Translations under genes and position numbers: made by a program
Part shown: one piece after another, positions 33,290-50,256 of the stretch
How the letters are laid out: the number at the start of each line of letters is the position of its first letter
How positions within the stretch are numbered: position 1 is the stretch's first letter
Source of the DNA: the human T2T-CHM13v2.0 reference genome, Homo sapiens
Assembly (NCBI RefSeq): GCF_009914755.1
Contig: NC_060930.1
Strand: one strand, 5' to 3'
Length of the DNA: 64,000 nt
Notes under the pieces: generated by a model
The model's database searches: none
The model's input: only the letters and a program-made list of their open reading frames with translations
Told to the model about the DNA's origin: nothing

Positions 33290-35660
33290 TTTTTGAAAGG
33301 TGTTTTCACTGAGTATAGAAACCTAGCTTGACAATTTATTTTTTCTTTTGGTACTTTAAAGATATCTTCCCATTGTCCTATGGCTTCTTGCCATATATGT
33401 CCTATAGTTTCTTGCGAGAAATATATTGTCATTCTTTTTCTTTGTTTCTCTGTGTGAAATGCTTCTTTTCTCTTTGGCTCCTTATGCAAGTTGAAATACA
33501 CAGGTTTTCCAAATACAATTCAATACCAAATACACTGGCTTTCAGAATTTTTTTTTCTTTGTAGAGACGGGGTTTCACTATGTAGCCCAGGCTGCTCTGG
33601 AACTCCTGAACTCAAGGGATCTGCCCACCTTGGCCTCCCAAAGTGCTGGAATTACAGGCCACTGTGCCCAGCCAGGTTTTCAGCAACTTGATTATGATGT
33701 ATCTTTGTCTTTGTGTGGCTTTCTTCATGTTTCTTCTGCCTGGGTTCGTGAGCCTCTTGAATCTGCTGTTTTTAGTTTCCAACAAATTTGCATTTTTTGG
33801 GGGGTGGCAGGGGGAGGACCGGGTTTCACTCTGTCATCCAGGCTAGAGTGCAGTGGCAAAATCTCGGCTCACTGCAACCTCTGCCTCCCAGGTTCAAGCA
33901 TCCTCCTGCCTCAGCCTCCCAAGTAGCTGGGAATATAGGTGCATGCCACCACACCCAGCTAATGTATGTATTTTTGGTGGAGACAGGGTTTTGCCATGTT
34001 GGCCAGCCTGGCCTTGAACTCCTGGCCTCAAGAGATCTGTCCACCTCTGCCTTCCAAAGCACTGGGATTATGGGCACGAGCCACTGTGCCTGGCAAATTT
34101 AGAAAATTCTTAACCATTATTTCTTCAAATATCATTTTTTATCTCCTCACCCTATCTGGGTCTCCAATTACACGTGTTAGATTGTCTGATATTACCTCCA
34201 ATGTTACTGATGCTCTGTTTATTCCCCCCACCCTCATTTTCTCTCTGTATTTTATTTAGATTTTTTTATTGCTATATCTTCAAAATAATTTATTTTATAG
34301 TATCTAACCTGCTTTTTATCCACTCCAGTGTATTTTTTATTTAATATACTGTATTTTTTTATTTATTTGAGATGCTATATTTTTGTTCCTGGAAATCACA
34401 TTTTCATTATTATATTCATGATTTTCTCTACCTTCTTGAATATATGAGTCATATTTATGTCATCTCTTTCAATGTCCTTTTCTGCTAATTTCTTCATCTC
34501 TTCATTTCAGGGTCTGTTTCTACTGATTGATTTTTCCATTGGTTGTGGTCACACTTTCTATTTCTTTGTATGCCTTTTGTTGTGTTTGTTTGTTTCTTTG
34601 TTTGTTTTTAGATGCTCTTTATCAGATTGAGGAACTTTCTTTCTATTCCTAGTTTTCTGAGAGTGTTTATCAGGAATAAATACTGGATTTACCAAATGTT
34701 TTTTCTGCATATATTGCAATGATCACATGGTTTTCACTTTTTAGTTTGTTAATATAGTGAATTAAATTTGATTGATTTTCAAACATTAAACCAACTTTGT
34801 GTTCCTGAGATAAACCCCACTTAGCCATGGTGTTTTATACTTTTTATATGTTGTTGGACTTGATTTGCAAAAATTTTGTTTAGAATTTTTGCATTTATGT
34901 TTATGAGGTAATTGATCTGTAGTTTGACAGGACTCTGAACATTGTGAACTTTACATTGTTTGAGGCTGCATTTTGTTGCATTCCTTTAAGTAGTGTCAGA
35001 CTTGGTTCTGGCCACACACTTAACACATTTGGAATCAGATTTTTACTTCTGATGCTTACTTTTAAGATTTGTTAGGACAGATACAGAGGAGCTGTTAGTC
35101 TAAGGTTAATTTAGACCTCTACTAAGGCAATACCCGTTTGAGAATTGTACCTGATATCCCATGTATTACAAGGTCTTTTCGTTCTGCCTTTTGGGAACAG
35201 AAACTAATCTCAACCCTGTGTGAGCCCCAGGCACTGCTCTGCCTTCTGTGGTTCTTTCCCAGGCCTTGCCTTTCATGCATGTGCAAATCAGTACTCAGCC
35301 AAAGAGTTAAGAAGACATCTCTGCAGATCTTTGGATATATGCTCAGCTCCCTGCTCTCTGGTGTTCTGCCCTGCAAATTCCAGCCCGTTGGCCTCTTGAA
35401 CTCTGTTTTCTCAATCAGCAAGACTCCAAACTCTGTTTGGATTCCCTGTCCCTGTACTGAAGCCTGCAAACTGCCTCAGGCCGTGAGCTGGAGGTAATTA
35501 TAGGGCTCACCTTTTTTGTTTCCCTTTTCTCAGAGATCATAGTCCTGAGTTGCCTTTGTTCAAAGTCTGAAAAATCATTGTTTCATCTACTTTATCTGGA
35601 GCCCTAGTTTTTCAAGGCAGGACAGTAAATCTCATCTCTGTAACTTCACTATGGCCAGTA
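33290..35660 (-). mobile_element. Old L1M fragments interrupted by Alu monomers (~33175-33290, ~33548-33674) and an Alu (~33818-34094)
   Basis: T-rich reverse L1 signatures (e.g. TTCTATTCCTAGTTTTCTGAGAGTG) with embedded reverse Alu pieces. Confidence 0.65.
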
Positions 35661-36100
35661 GCTGAAGTCTTCCTTTGTTAGTAAGTTTGTTTTCTGGGTG
35701 GCTATGACGTGCAGAGCCTTCAAACATTCAGACCTCAGGTCAGAGGCCTCTCTGCCTATGTCTAAGAGCATTGCTAACTCAATGCATTACTTTGGGCCAG
35801 TTACCAGTCCTCTCTGTGCCTGAGTTTTCCCTACTGTCAAATGAAGGGAACAATGATTGTATTGACCTTGAGGGTGGTTGTGAGAAATGAGCAAGATATG
35901 ACATGCTTAACACTTAAAACAGTGCCTGGCACACAGTGAGTGAATGTTCAATACATGTAATTATTTCAGGGACAGTCAAGACCGTCCAGGTAGGGCTCCC
36001 TCAATCTACCCCCTACCTTGCCTCAGAGAAAGAGAGGTCCTGCTTTTTTCATAAGGCTGTCAAATCCCCTGGCTGATGAGGTAAAAAGATACTTTTTGGG

Positions 36101-36386
<286 letters not shown>

Positions 36387-36716
36387 GATCCTTTTTGGTC
36401 ATATTTCCTTTTCATTCCCTTCCCTCTACCTCTGATTTTTCAGTCCCTCTCTCTCTCCACACTCCTTTTCCCTCAGACGAAAACATACTCCTGTCTACTG
36501 CCCTCTAAATGCAAACAAACAAAAACATTCCCTCTGTCCTCCCTCCCTCTCCAGCTCTTTTCCTCTTGCTATATTTCCTCTCACTGCCAAATTTCTTGAA
36601 AGAGTGCTCTGTGCCTTCCACCTTCCATTCCCCACCTAATGCCCTGGGACGTCTCCACAAGCCCCTGCAACACAGACACTGCTCTCTCACCAAGCCCCGG
36701 GCACCTTGTGGCCTCT

Positions 36717-37078
<362 letters not shown>

Positions 37079-37310
37079 TGAAACCTGTTCTTAGGGCTTC
37101 CATGATTCTATCCAAAATGGCCTTTAGACCTGGACAACCAGGGTCCCTGATAGAGCAGGGAGCTCACGGGGTCAAAGAAACACACCTCCCTGGAACGTGT
37201 AACTTGTCGCTGGGCCATGGGCCAGGTAACCAATGTTTGGACATTATTTGCCCCAATAGCCCTAGGCTCTCTTCTAGAGCCTGCAAGGGCTTCCTCCCTC
37301 AGTTTGTCCT

Positions 37311-37994
<684 letters not shown>

Positions 37995-40074
37995 TAGCTA
38001 TTTTTTGTAACAGCTTTATTGAGATGTAATTTATGTATCATACAGTTCACAGATTTAAATACTATTCAACGGTTTTTCATTTATTCAGCTTTGTGAGCCA
38101 TCCCCACAGTCACGTTTAGATCCTTTTCATCTCCCCAAAAGGAAATCCTGCACCCGTTGGCATCACTTCCCCTTCCTCCCCTCCCCCAGCCCCATCATCT
38201 ATTTTCTTTTTATATGTCTGTTTTATGTTTTTCTTCCTCCTCTTGCTCCTCCTTTTTCTTCTTTGTTGTTGATACACAAAAAACTGCACCCATCTCCTAT
38301 ATACGATTTGATGCATTTAGACTTATGCATATACCTGTGAAAACGTCACCACAATCAAGGTAACAAACACAGCCATTACCTCCAAAAGCTTCTTCATGCC
38401 CCTTTGTTTTTGGTTTTGTTTTATTTTCCTCCTTTTCCTGGCTTTGTCCTTATGAGGCTAAAGTGTGATTCTGGTACATGTCCCCTCGCCTGAGGAGTAA
38501 CCAGGGGCAGCTGTTTATAGGTGGAGCTGTTTATAGGCCAGAGCCTGAAGGCATTGCTGGCACTGGCATGCTCATTCACATGACGCTCCTCACTCTGCAA
38601 GACAAGCCAGGAGTGTGAACAGAAAGAGGCTGGCTGTGAGCCAGAGGCGGTTCGTGGGGTTTCCTGGGTCCTGCAGATGTTAGGGGTGGGTGTGGTTCTG
38701 CCCTCTTGGCTTGACTTCTGGCTCTTGGACTGCTTTTCCCTGACTCTACTGACTTGGCTCCCTCGCTTATCTTCCTAAAAAAAGGATTCCTCCGGAGCCA
38801 GCTTTTCACATCCACAATTTCCTTCCTCTGTCCCCCTCTCTTGGGGCACTCACTGAGTAGTGAGGCAGGTCTCCATCCACACATCTCCTTCCTCCTTCAG
38901 ATGGGAGCTCCTGGTTGGGGGGCACTGCTAAGTCCCCTAGCACAGAGCTAGCACCCAATGGGTATGTGGTCAATATTTATTGAATGACAAAGGGAATGGT
39001 TAAATGCATTTCACTTATTTGCACCCATGATCTGAATTCACCCTGCTAAACTTGCATTTCCCCAGCAGATGTGAAGAAAAGACTAAGAGCGGGAGTTCTG
39101 TAGTCAGACTGCAGCTGTAAACCCAGCTTACCATTTATAAGCTGAGTGTTCTCTAGGGCAGGTCATTCAACTGCTCTGTGCCTCAGTTTATTCTTCCACA
39201 AAATGGGGACAATACTGGCACCTACTCAATAAGGATGCCATGAGACATAGAAGATCCATGGGCCTCTGTTCCCCTGCCTCTGTGCGTTTGCTTGTCCTAC
39301 CTGGAATTCCTCTGGCACTATCTTTGCTTAGTGAAGCCTACCTGTTCTTAAAGGCCCAAGTTAAATGCGCCACGTCCTTGAAGCCTTCCCAGATTGCCAC
39401 AGCCTTATGCCTCCTCCCCAGTTAAATAAACACGGTATGCTTCCTGAAGGCGGCTACAACCCACACTGCTCCAGGCTGTGGTGATGCCTGTCCACACCTC
39501 ACTATCCCCACAGAGACTGAGCTTCTTGAGGGCAGGGGCTCAAGAGTTGGTGCTCAACAGATGCGTATTGAATGAATGAATGGTTCCAGGATATTCCAGA
39601 TATTCGGGTGATGTTCTGACAAACCTACGAGACTGTCTTTTAGATACTCTTGAACTGAGGCCTCTAAGATAGTAAACACACCACTCCAACTAATTCTTTG
39701 GATTTAAAGGGACTTTGGCTTACTGAAGAGCTTATTTTGACTTGTTGAGAGTTAATTATCAGCAAGGAGCTAACCTGGGAGAGAAGAAGGAAGGACAAGA
39801 GGTCTCTCCCTCTGTCTACGCTATTAATATAGAAAGAGTATTACATGGTGTGAAGATTACATGACACAACATTTTAAAAGGCCTAGCGGAGCACTTAGCC
39901 TGAAGTTGTCCCTCAAGAAATGGTAGACTCATTGATTTCTTTTCGTGGTTGTTATTGTTAGGAAAAACTGAGCTTGCAAGGATGGAGGGCTGATTCATTC
40001 GTAGTTGGTAAGTAGTCATTTTTGCTTTAGGACTATGGTTCCACTTCCAGCCTTGTGCTTGTCAGTACATGAAT

Positions 40075-40800
40075 TCGTTTCCTATCGCTGCCAGTCTTCC
40101 ATCAGCGGCTTTAAACAATGTGAGTTTCCTGTCTTACTGCAGTTCTGCAGGTCAGAGGCCCATCACGCGTCTCATGGGGCTACGCTGAAGTGTTGGCAGA
40201 GTGCCTGCCTTTCTGGGGCCTAGCTCCCTCTCTCTACCCTCTAAGGTGGCCAAGAAGGGTACAGTCCCCCACTTGCTGCCTGCCTCTGCCCTCTGCTAGG
40301 CTGTCATACTCTCTCTCTGATCTCTGCCAGAAAACGCTCTCCACTTTTTTTTTTTTTTCTTTTTTGAGACGGAGTCTCGCTCTGTCTCCCAGGCTGGAGT
40401 TCAGCGGCGCGATCTTGGCTCACTGCAAGCTCCACCTCCTGGGTTCACGCCATTCTCCTGCCTCAGCCTCCAGAGTAGCTGGGACTGCAGGCACCCGCCA
40501 TCATGCCCGGCTAACTTTTTCTATTTTTTAGCAGAGACGGGGTTTCACCATGTTAACCAGGATGGTCTCGATCTCCTAACCTCATGATCCACCCACCTCG
40601 GCCTCCCAAAGTCCTGGGATTACAGGCGTGAGCCACCGCGCCCGGCAAGGCTCTCCACTTTTAAAGATTTATGTGATGAGATTGGCCTACCTGGATAATC
40701 CAGGCTAATCTTCCCATTTCAAGGTTCCACGCCCTTCATCACATCTACAAAGTCCCTCTTGCCCTGTATGGTAACATACTCATAAACTCCTGGGGCATCT
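40075..40800. mobile_element. MLT1 LTR interrupted by antisense AluY (~40345-40646)
   Basis: CTGGATAATCCAGGCTAATCTTCCCATTTCAAG MLT1 signature; Alu TSD CTCTCCACTTT. Confidence 0.75.
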
Positions 40801-40979
40801 TTGGCCTAATGCAGTACACTATCTATCAAGCTGTCCTAAGCATGTTTTCTATGTGGACACTGATCTCCCCTCCAGACTGTCTCGGCATCATCACACTAAC
40901 AGTAAATCATTATATAGGGCTTGCCACACAGCAGGCACTGCCCTAAGGACTTTACATTTCTAACCTTATTCAACATGCC

Positions 40980-41890
<911 letters not shown>

Positions 41891-41938
41891 GTTACAAAAA
41901 GTTTTAAATGTAATAAAATTCTAAAAACAGATGCTATC

Positions 41939-42244
<306 letters not shown>

Positions 42245-42582
42245 CTATCACTATGCCCATTTTACAGATAAAGAAACTGAGGCACAAAGAGGTAACTTAT
42301 GCTATGAATGGCAGACCCAGGATTTGAATTCAGGCATTCTGGCACCAAAGTCCATGCTCTTGACCACTGTGTTTTCAACCTGTCTAGGGACTACTGTCCA
42401 ATCTCCCCCATTAGCTCAGGAGTTCCCCAAGGGCAGGACTCTACCTCTACCCTTAGACTAGAGACAGGACTGTGCCTGTCTCCCTTGAGGGACAAGGGCC
42501 ATATTTCTCTATCAGACTGGGCACCATCTCCAGGCCCCTAGACAGTCCAGAATAGAATACACGCTGGGTTTCAAGAACAGAC

Positions 42583-42817
42583 CAGTACTTCTCAATCAGG
42601 AGTGCTTTTGAACCCCTGCCTCCCCCCAAGGCCAGGGGACATTTGGCAATGTCTAGTGGAGGCGTTTTTGGTTTCATGACTGGGGGTTGGGGGTGTTACT
42701 GGCATCTGGTGGGTAGCAGCCATGAATGCTGCTAAATATCCTACAATGAGCAGGACAGCCCTCAACAAAGAATCATCCAGCCCGAAAATGTCAATAGTGC
42801 TGAGGTTGAAAAACCTT
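42583..42817. mobile_element. MER20 (hAT-Charlie)
   Basis: GGGGACATTTGGCAATGTCT...AAATGTCAATAGTGCTGAGGTTGAAAAACC. Confidence 0.85.
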
Positions 42818-43384
42818 AGGATAGACACTATGTCTAATTCTCTCTCCCATTTCCCTCATAGGGACAGTCATATGTGTCTAACCACATGTAAGAACTTTTG
42901 GTTTGGGAAATATGGTCGCCGTAAGTATAGGTATAGCGGTGACTCTGCCACTGAGCGCTCCACCCTGGGGAACTGAGGAGGGAGGGGCCAGCACGGGCCT
43001 CGTGCCTGTCTCTCAGTCCCTGCCTCAGTTGCTACGCCCTGATTTCCATCATGGCCCTTTTGGCAGAGCCACCGGGATGTCCTATTTCTTGGAGCAGAAT
43101 GAAGTTACCAGCCCATAGGAGGTCACGGCTGAGTCACCCCTTCTTGCCCTCAGCTCCAAGAGCACATGGAAACGTGAAAAAGGCATCAACGTCATGGCTT
43201 ATAGTTTGCTTGGGGCAGCCAGATCCCAGAGGTATGGCAGGGAGTGGGCAGCTGCCAAGTCAGCCCTGTCCTCACCCAAGACCTTTCTGAGGCTGGCCAG
43301 CAGGACATGTCATGGCAGCTGCATGCCTTTGGGCAAGTCAGAGCTTTCTAGACCTTGGTTTCTTTGTATATTAAAAGTAGAGAG

Positions 43385-43660
43385 TGGGATGGGCTCATTC
43401 CTGTAATCCCAGCACTTTGGGAGGCTGAGCTTGAGCTCAGGAGTCCGCGACCAGCCTGGGCAACATGGCGAAACTCCCTCTCTACAAAAAAAAAAAAAAA
43501 AAAAAAAAATTAGCTGGGCATGGTGGCGTGCACCTGTAATCCCAGCTACTTGGGAGTCCAAGGTAGGATGATCACTTGAGCTTCAGAGGTTGAGGCTGCA
43601 GTGAGCTGTAATCGTGCCACTGCACTCTAGCCTGGGCAACAGGGTTAGACTCTGTCTTCT
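43385..43660 (+). mobile_element. AluJ
   Basis: Diverged Alu with J-type GGATCACTTGAGC. Confidence 0.8.
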
Positions 43661-44858
43661 CTCTACTTGAGAGAGGACAAAAGTAGTCAGGAAGAACATT
43701 TCTTTGAGCACTGGCTCAGGCACCTGTTCTAAGTGTTGGAGAAAGTGTAGAAGACAAGATAGAATCCCGTCCTCAAGGCGATCTGTTCTAGTGAGGGGAG
43801 ACACAAAACACATTTGCAAACAATGCACTTACTTCTAGTGTAAAGGCTGTGAAGCAGTTAGGTTGAAAGACAATAATCTGGGGGAGGGAGGAGAGAAAGA
43901 GGCTGGGGTCCGCTTTAGCTACTACGGTGTGCTGGTCCTTTGCCTGTTGGCTCTGAGATTCATTCTTTCCTATCTTTCTTTTGCAGGGCCTGGGAGCCTG
44001 CAAATGACACTTCCTGAACTCCAGTTAAGTTCAGCCAATGGGATAAAGTGGTGAGAGATGGGAAGGCATGAGGAAGGGAATAGCAGCTTTCTCTGCTTCT
44101 GGAGGTGACTTCCGCAGTGGCAGCAGCCATGGCGGCCCTAGGGTAGGCGTTCCAGCAGCATCCCTGGGAGGGCAGGCTCCTTGGTTGTGGCTCAGTGGCA
44201 GCGTCCTGTCTCGGCAGCGGCAGTGGCAGCAGGCCTGTTTCGGCAGTGGCAGTGCTTCCAGCTGCTAACCAGCAAGTGTGTGCTTCTGGTTCCAGCCCAC
44301 GGGCAGTAGCAGCTCCCTCAACTCAGAGCATCGCCTTCTCCCTTTGCTCATTCATTTTTCCAAGACATTTGTAACCAACTCCCTAAATTAAACGGTCTTC
44401 TCCTTGAGGTGCCTAGACTGCCTTCTATTTTCCTGATTGGGCTCCAATTGATATAGAGGGCAATAAATGGGGTAATTAATGTGAAACTTATTTGCTTCTT
44501 CTTATTGCAAGGGCCAGAGCAGAAAGGAAACTCCAAACCCAAACTCTCAGTGATTCCCCCTTAGTGGAAATCTGATATCATCCCACCCATCAGCTTGACT
44601 GCTTTAGGCCAGGCCACCTGTCACCCCAACTAGAGTTCATGGGCATCTTCAGAGACCAGGATACACAAAAAAAAACCCACCCAATGCTCTCCTCCACTCT
44701 CCACCTCCCTCCTCACCCACAATCCTGTCTTATTCTCTTGGCTACTAGGAAGTGCTTTTTGATAATCCGACTCAATTCACTTTCTATACTTCCCATCGAT
44801 TTTGCCTTATTTATTGTCTTCAATAACGTTAGATTACCCTAAAAAACCTACAGACTTG

Positions 44859-45150
44859 AGGCTGGGCGCAGTGGCTCCCAGCATTTTAGGAGGCCAAGGC
44901 GGGCAGATCTCGAGGTCGGAGATCAAGACCATCCTGGCTAACACGGTGAAACCCCGTCTCTACTAAAAATACAAAAAAAATTAGCCGGGCGTGGTGGCGG
45001 GCACCTGTAGTCCCAGCTACTGGGGAGGCTGAGGCAGGAGAATGGCGTCAACCTGGGAGGAGGAGCTTGCAGTGCAGCGAGATCGCGCCACTGCACTCAA
45101 GCCTGGGTGACAGAGCGAGACTCCATCTCAAAAAATAAATAAATACACAA
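44859..45150 (+). mobile_element. AluY
   Basis: ACCATCCTGGCTAACACGG; TSD-like AAAA(C)ACCTACAGACT. Confidence 0.88.
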
Positions 45151-45617
45151 ATAATTAAAAAACACCTACAGACTGGAAACAGGACCACAGAGGTGGATGC
45201 AATTCTCTCTTCCCATCCCCAACAGCACTCCCCAGATGCCTGAGTTTCCACCCTTGGAGCAGTCCTTCCAATTACGGCAAATATTCTTCAATGGGGCTTT
45301 CTGGGGTGTCCAGGAATCTCCCCAGCTTGTATTGGAAATGCTACATTTTCTTAAGGGGGAGGTTTTTGGAGAGGGTGCTTATAGCTTTCATCAGATTTTC
45401 AAAGAAATGTGGGCTCCAGGAAAAGCTTAACCAGTAGGGTAAGGCAAGCCTGTTTGTTAAATACATATATTCCTTCAGTAGCACATCATTGTCTCCATAG
45501 TGGGGTTTAGGAAGAAACATATATTTACATTTACTTTTATTTATATTAGGTTCATTTACACTTACTTTTCATCTCACTTCTTTACTTTTCTACTTTGATC
45601 CAGCTTTTTCTGGGGAG

Positions 45618-46400
<783 letters not shown>

Positions 46401-48681
46401 GAGTTATTGCTTAATAGTTAGTTTCTGTTTGAGGTGGTGAAAAGTTTTGGAAATAGATGGTAGTGCTGTTTGCACAACATTGTGATATAATTATTACCAC
46501 TGAATTGTACACTTAAAAATTGTTGAAATGGCCTGTAATCCCTGCATTTTGGTAGGCTAAGACAGGAGGATTGTTTGAGGCCAGCAGTTTGAGACCAGCC
46601 TGGACAACTAAGTGAGACTCTATCTCTACAAAAATAAAGTAAAATAAAATAAAATTAGCCAGACATGGTGGCATGCACCTGTAGCTCATTGAGACAAGGT
46701 CTCTAAATAAATAAAATAAAATACCATAAGTATGAGGTTAAGGGTTTGTAAATAAAACTTAGTATAACAGAAATGTTGCCCTTTGAAGCTTCCCTCCCCT
46801 GGGGAGGGACGTGGTGGGCAAGAGTTCCCATTTGCTGACAGCCAACGCCTTTGCCACGTTTAAACAGGAGAACTAAAGGCTTGGAGAGTTCAAGTGATTT
46901 GCTCAAAATCACATAGGGTGGTAGAAGTGATTGAGCCAGGATGCAAATTTGGTCTCCATGACACAGATCCAAGCCCCATTCTTCCTATATACCCTGCCAA
47001 GTTCCTGGTACCCCAACACAATGAGACAGAGGAGGGATGCAGAGGGCCATGTCCCTATCTTCAGCAACTAGCTTGGGGAGGGGGGCAGCACATGAAAGAG
47101 AACATCACAGTCCTTTCTACACGCTGAAGGCCATGCCTGGGATTGGGGTGAGTGCTGTGTTTGGCTTCAGAAAACATGGTCCAAGTCCCAGCTCCACCCA
47201 TTACTAGTGGGTAAGTCTCTTCACATCACTTCATTGTACCTCAGTTGCCTCATCTGTAAAATGGGGTTAATAACTATGCTGACTGTTGTAGGCATTAAAG
47301 GAAATAACAAATCTAGAAGTATCTGGCAAAGGCTCGTCATATAGAACACGCTCAACACATGACCGCTGAAATTGACACGCCACCGTCATCCTCCATCACC
47401 AGGGGTAGCAGGGAGGGCTAGAATCAGGCATGGGGCCCAGAGCACCCTTCATCCTACTGCACATTCTTTTCTTCAGGAAGGGGGAGGGTTAGAGCCCCAT
47501 TCTCTGCTCAGTGCCCATCCGAGATGGGGGTAGAAAGAAAGAGCTGGGGGCTCTCAATCCCCACCCAGCAGCTTCTCCTCACCCCACACAAACACGCCCC
47601 AATTTATGCATCCCTCTTCCGGGAGGGTCCCATTCTCCCAGTGTCCTGACCCCATTCTCCAGGCACTGAGACCACAGTTGTGGTCCAGCTGCAGAAGCCA
47701 GCCCAGCAGACTGGCCCTCTGCCAGAGACAGGAAGTGGGGGAAGAGCTGTGCGTTCTGCTGGCCACCAAGGAGGGGTGGGCGCCAGAGGCTGGAGCTGGG
47801 CCAGACCTTGTGGTCTTGCGGAATGAACTGCAAGGGAGGAGTTGTGAGCTGGCCTGCTCCACTTTGAAGGGTATTGTGAGGGGCAGAGCCCGTGCAAGGC
47901 AGTTCTGTCCCCTTTGTTGCCTGGAAGGCTCTGGGGTGGAGAGTGGGGAATAAGCCCTGGAAGGCAGGAAAGAATACTGAGGTGGGAGTCTGGAAAGTTG
48001 GGATTTGGTAAGGTTTTGCCACTAACTCACTACATGACTTGCATTAGCTCTTTCCCCTCTCTGGCCTCTGTTTTCCAACCTCTGAAATTGGAAAATGTAT
48101 TGCACTCTCTGTGGCAGACACATCTCTAGGGAATACACTAGTAGACAAGCCAGTCCCTGCTCTCAGGGCCTTTCACTCTACCAACAGATGAGCAAATATA
48201 GAATAGGCCAAGTGCTGAAAAAGTCTGGGTAGAATAATAAAATGGTGTTGGGGGCAGAGAGTGAGAAGTCTGGGACGGCCTCTCTTAGAAGCTGACATAA
48301 GCAGAAGAAACGAGGAAAGGGCCAATGTGGGTATCTAGGGGATGCACATTCTGGGCAGAGGAAAGAGCAAGGGCAAAGGCCCTGAGGCGAGAAGGTGCCT
48401 GGCAAATTAACCGAGAAAAGGAAGTAGCATGGCTGGCAGGGAATAAGTAAGGGGAGATGAGGGCCAAGGCAGGTGGGGCCCAGTTCATGGAGACTGAGGG
48501 ACTTTGCGCTTTATTCTGAACTGATCGGTGGGCCCCGGGGAAGCTGGGCCTGGGCTTGGGTGCAGAGCCCACTTGGTGCTGTGCATATGTGTGTGTGTGA
48601 CAGTGTTGGGTGGGGGAACACCTTTGATCTCCCCTCATTTACCCTGGCTTCCTGGACAGGTCCTTCAGGAAGAGACAATAA

Positions 48682-49362
48682 CAGGGCCGGGTCTAGGGTG
48701 AGGCATGTGAAACCTGGAGTGAATGAGGCACTTGGCTCAGGTTCAAAACTTAAGGGGGCATCAAAAAACTCAGTAATTAAGATAAAACAATATTTTCCTG
48801 CAATATGTATAAAAATCCAAATTAATGCCAAAAAGTCTATGATAAACAAAATGCCAACATTTTAGATAAAGACAGGATCTGACCCTGAACTTGCGTGATT
48901 AATTACCTTAATCCTGGTCCTGTTTCCAATACAACTTTATTTAAAAAAAACAAGGCAGCTGGCCCAAAGAACTGTAGTTTGCCCATTTGGTATATTAAAA
49001 TATTGCCTTAAAATATTCCTCATCAGTCTGGGCACGGTGGCTCATGCCTGTAATCTCAGCACTTTGAGAGGCCAAGGCAGGCAGATCACTTGAGGTCAGG
49101 AGTTCCAGACCAGCCTGGCCAACACGGTAAAACCCCGTCTCTACTAAAAAAAATTAGCCAGGTGTGGTGGCAAGCACCTGTAGTCCCAGCTGCTTTAACT
49201 TGGGAAGTGGAGATTGTAATGAGCTGAGATCTCACCACCACACTCCAGCCTGGCGGACAGAGCAAAATCCTGCCTCCAAAAAAAAAATTCCTTATCTTGG
49301 CATCCCCGAAATCTTGCACACCAGGTGAGTGTCTCACTTACCTCACCCCAGTCCTGGTCCTG
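48682..49362. mobile_element. MER96B-like hAT element interrupted by Alu (~49026-49287)
   Basis: CAGGGCCGGGTCTAGGGTGAGGCA start and CCTCACCCCAGTCCTGGTCCTG end as inverted termini; AAAAAACTCAGTAAT internal motif. Confidence 0.65.
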
Positions 49363-50099
49363 GGCCCCAGTGCTCATCCCTCCTGAGGCTGAGAGGCAAA
49401 GGGATTTCCCCAAAGAAATATAGTAGATGGTGGGTCTGGAAACTGGGCTCCCATGCCAGGCCTCCAGCCTGGCCATCATATCCTATCATGCTCTGAACTG
49501 GAATGTTGATTTTAATGTGTTGATTTTTAAAAACTTTTTATTCAAGTATAATAGTCATACAAACAAGTGCCTGCATCATAAATGTTCAGCTTGCTGCATC
49601 CTTACAAAATGAGCACACCTGTATAACCAGCATGCGTGATTAAATTTAAAGCATAATTTACATTTCCAACAAAACAGACATTAGTACTGGGCCAGATTCA
49701 GAGGACTTTTGAGATCAAGCAGGCGACTTGGAATAGTAAGGCTCCGGGACTGAGCTGATGCAGAGTTTAGGGGCCCTGGATTGAGACGAGAAAGCAGGGG
49801 GAGGGGTGCAGCACTGAGGTCTGGGGTTCGGGAGGGGGCCCTATACGCGGGAGGAAACGGAGAGAGACGGTGAGGATTGCCTTCGGAGGTGGGTGAGGCC
49901 CAGCGTGCGCGCCCAGGTAAGCAGGTAAGAATGCAGCAGCCGCCAGGCCCAGGCGCGGGCGCGTCCCGTCCGGGTGACTCAGCCCGTGCCAGGAAGCGGG
50001 AGTTGGCTCAGCTCTCCAGAGCTCCCGGACAGCAGCCGGATCCCGGCCGGCTCCTGGGGCACTAGGACAGACCCCCGCGGCTAGCAGCCCGGCCTGGGG

Positions 50100-50256
50100 G
50101 GCGGAACACTCTCTTCTTGTCCCGCCCCACCTTCCTCCGGGCCGCAACCACCCCAGCCCATCGCTGGGACGTGGCCGCGGGTGCCGAGAGCGCTGCCGGC
50201 GCCGTGGGGGCCATCCCGGTCCTGGCCCCGACGGCGCCCCAGGACCTGCGATAGCC
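50100..50256 (+). other. MDFI: Candidate upstream alternative non-coding first exon of MDFI (start approximate)
   Basis: Consensus GTAAGT donor at 50257 within the CpG island, GC boxes nearby. Confidence 0.5.

Noticed and set aside
43940-44455. GGCAGC-rich patch resembling a coding or regulatory element
   Set aside because: The 3' part resembles an old ERVL-class LTR (TTTGTAACCAA...ATTAAA...TTTTCCTGA); probably a repeat, family not assignable by eye.
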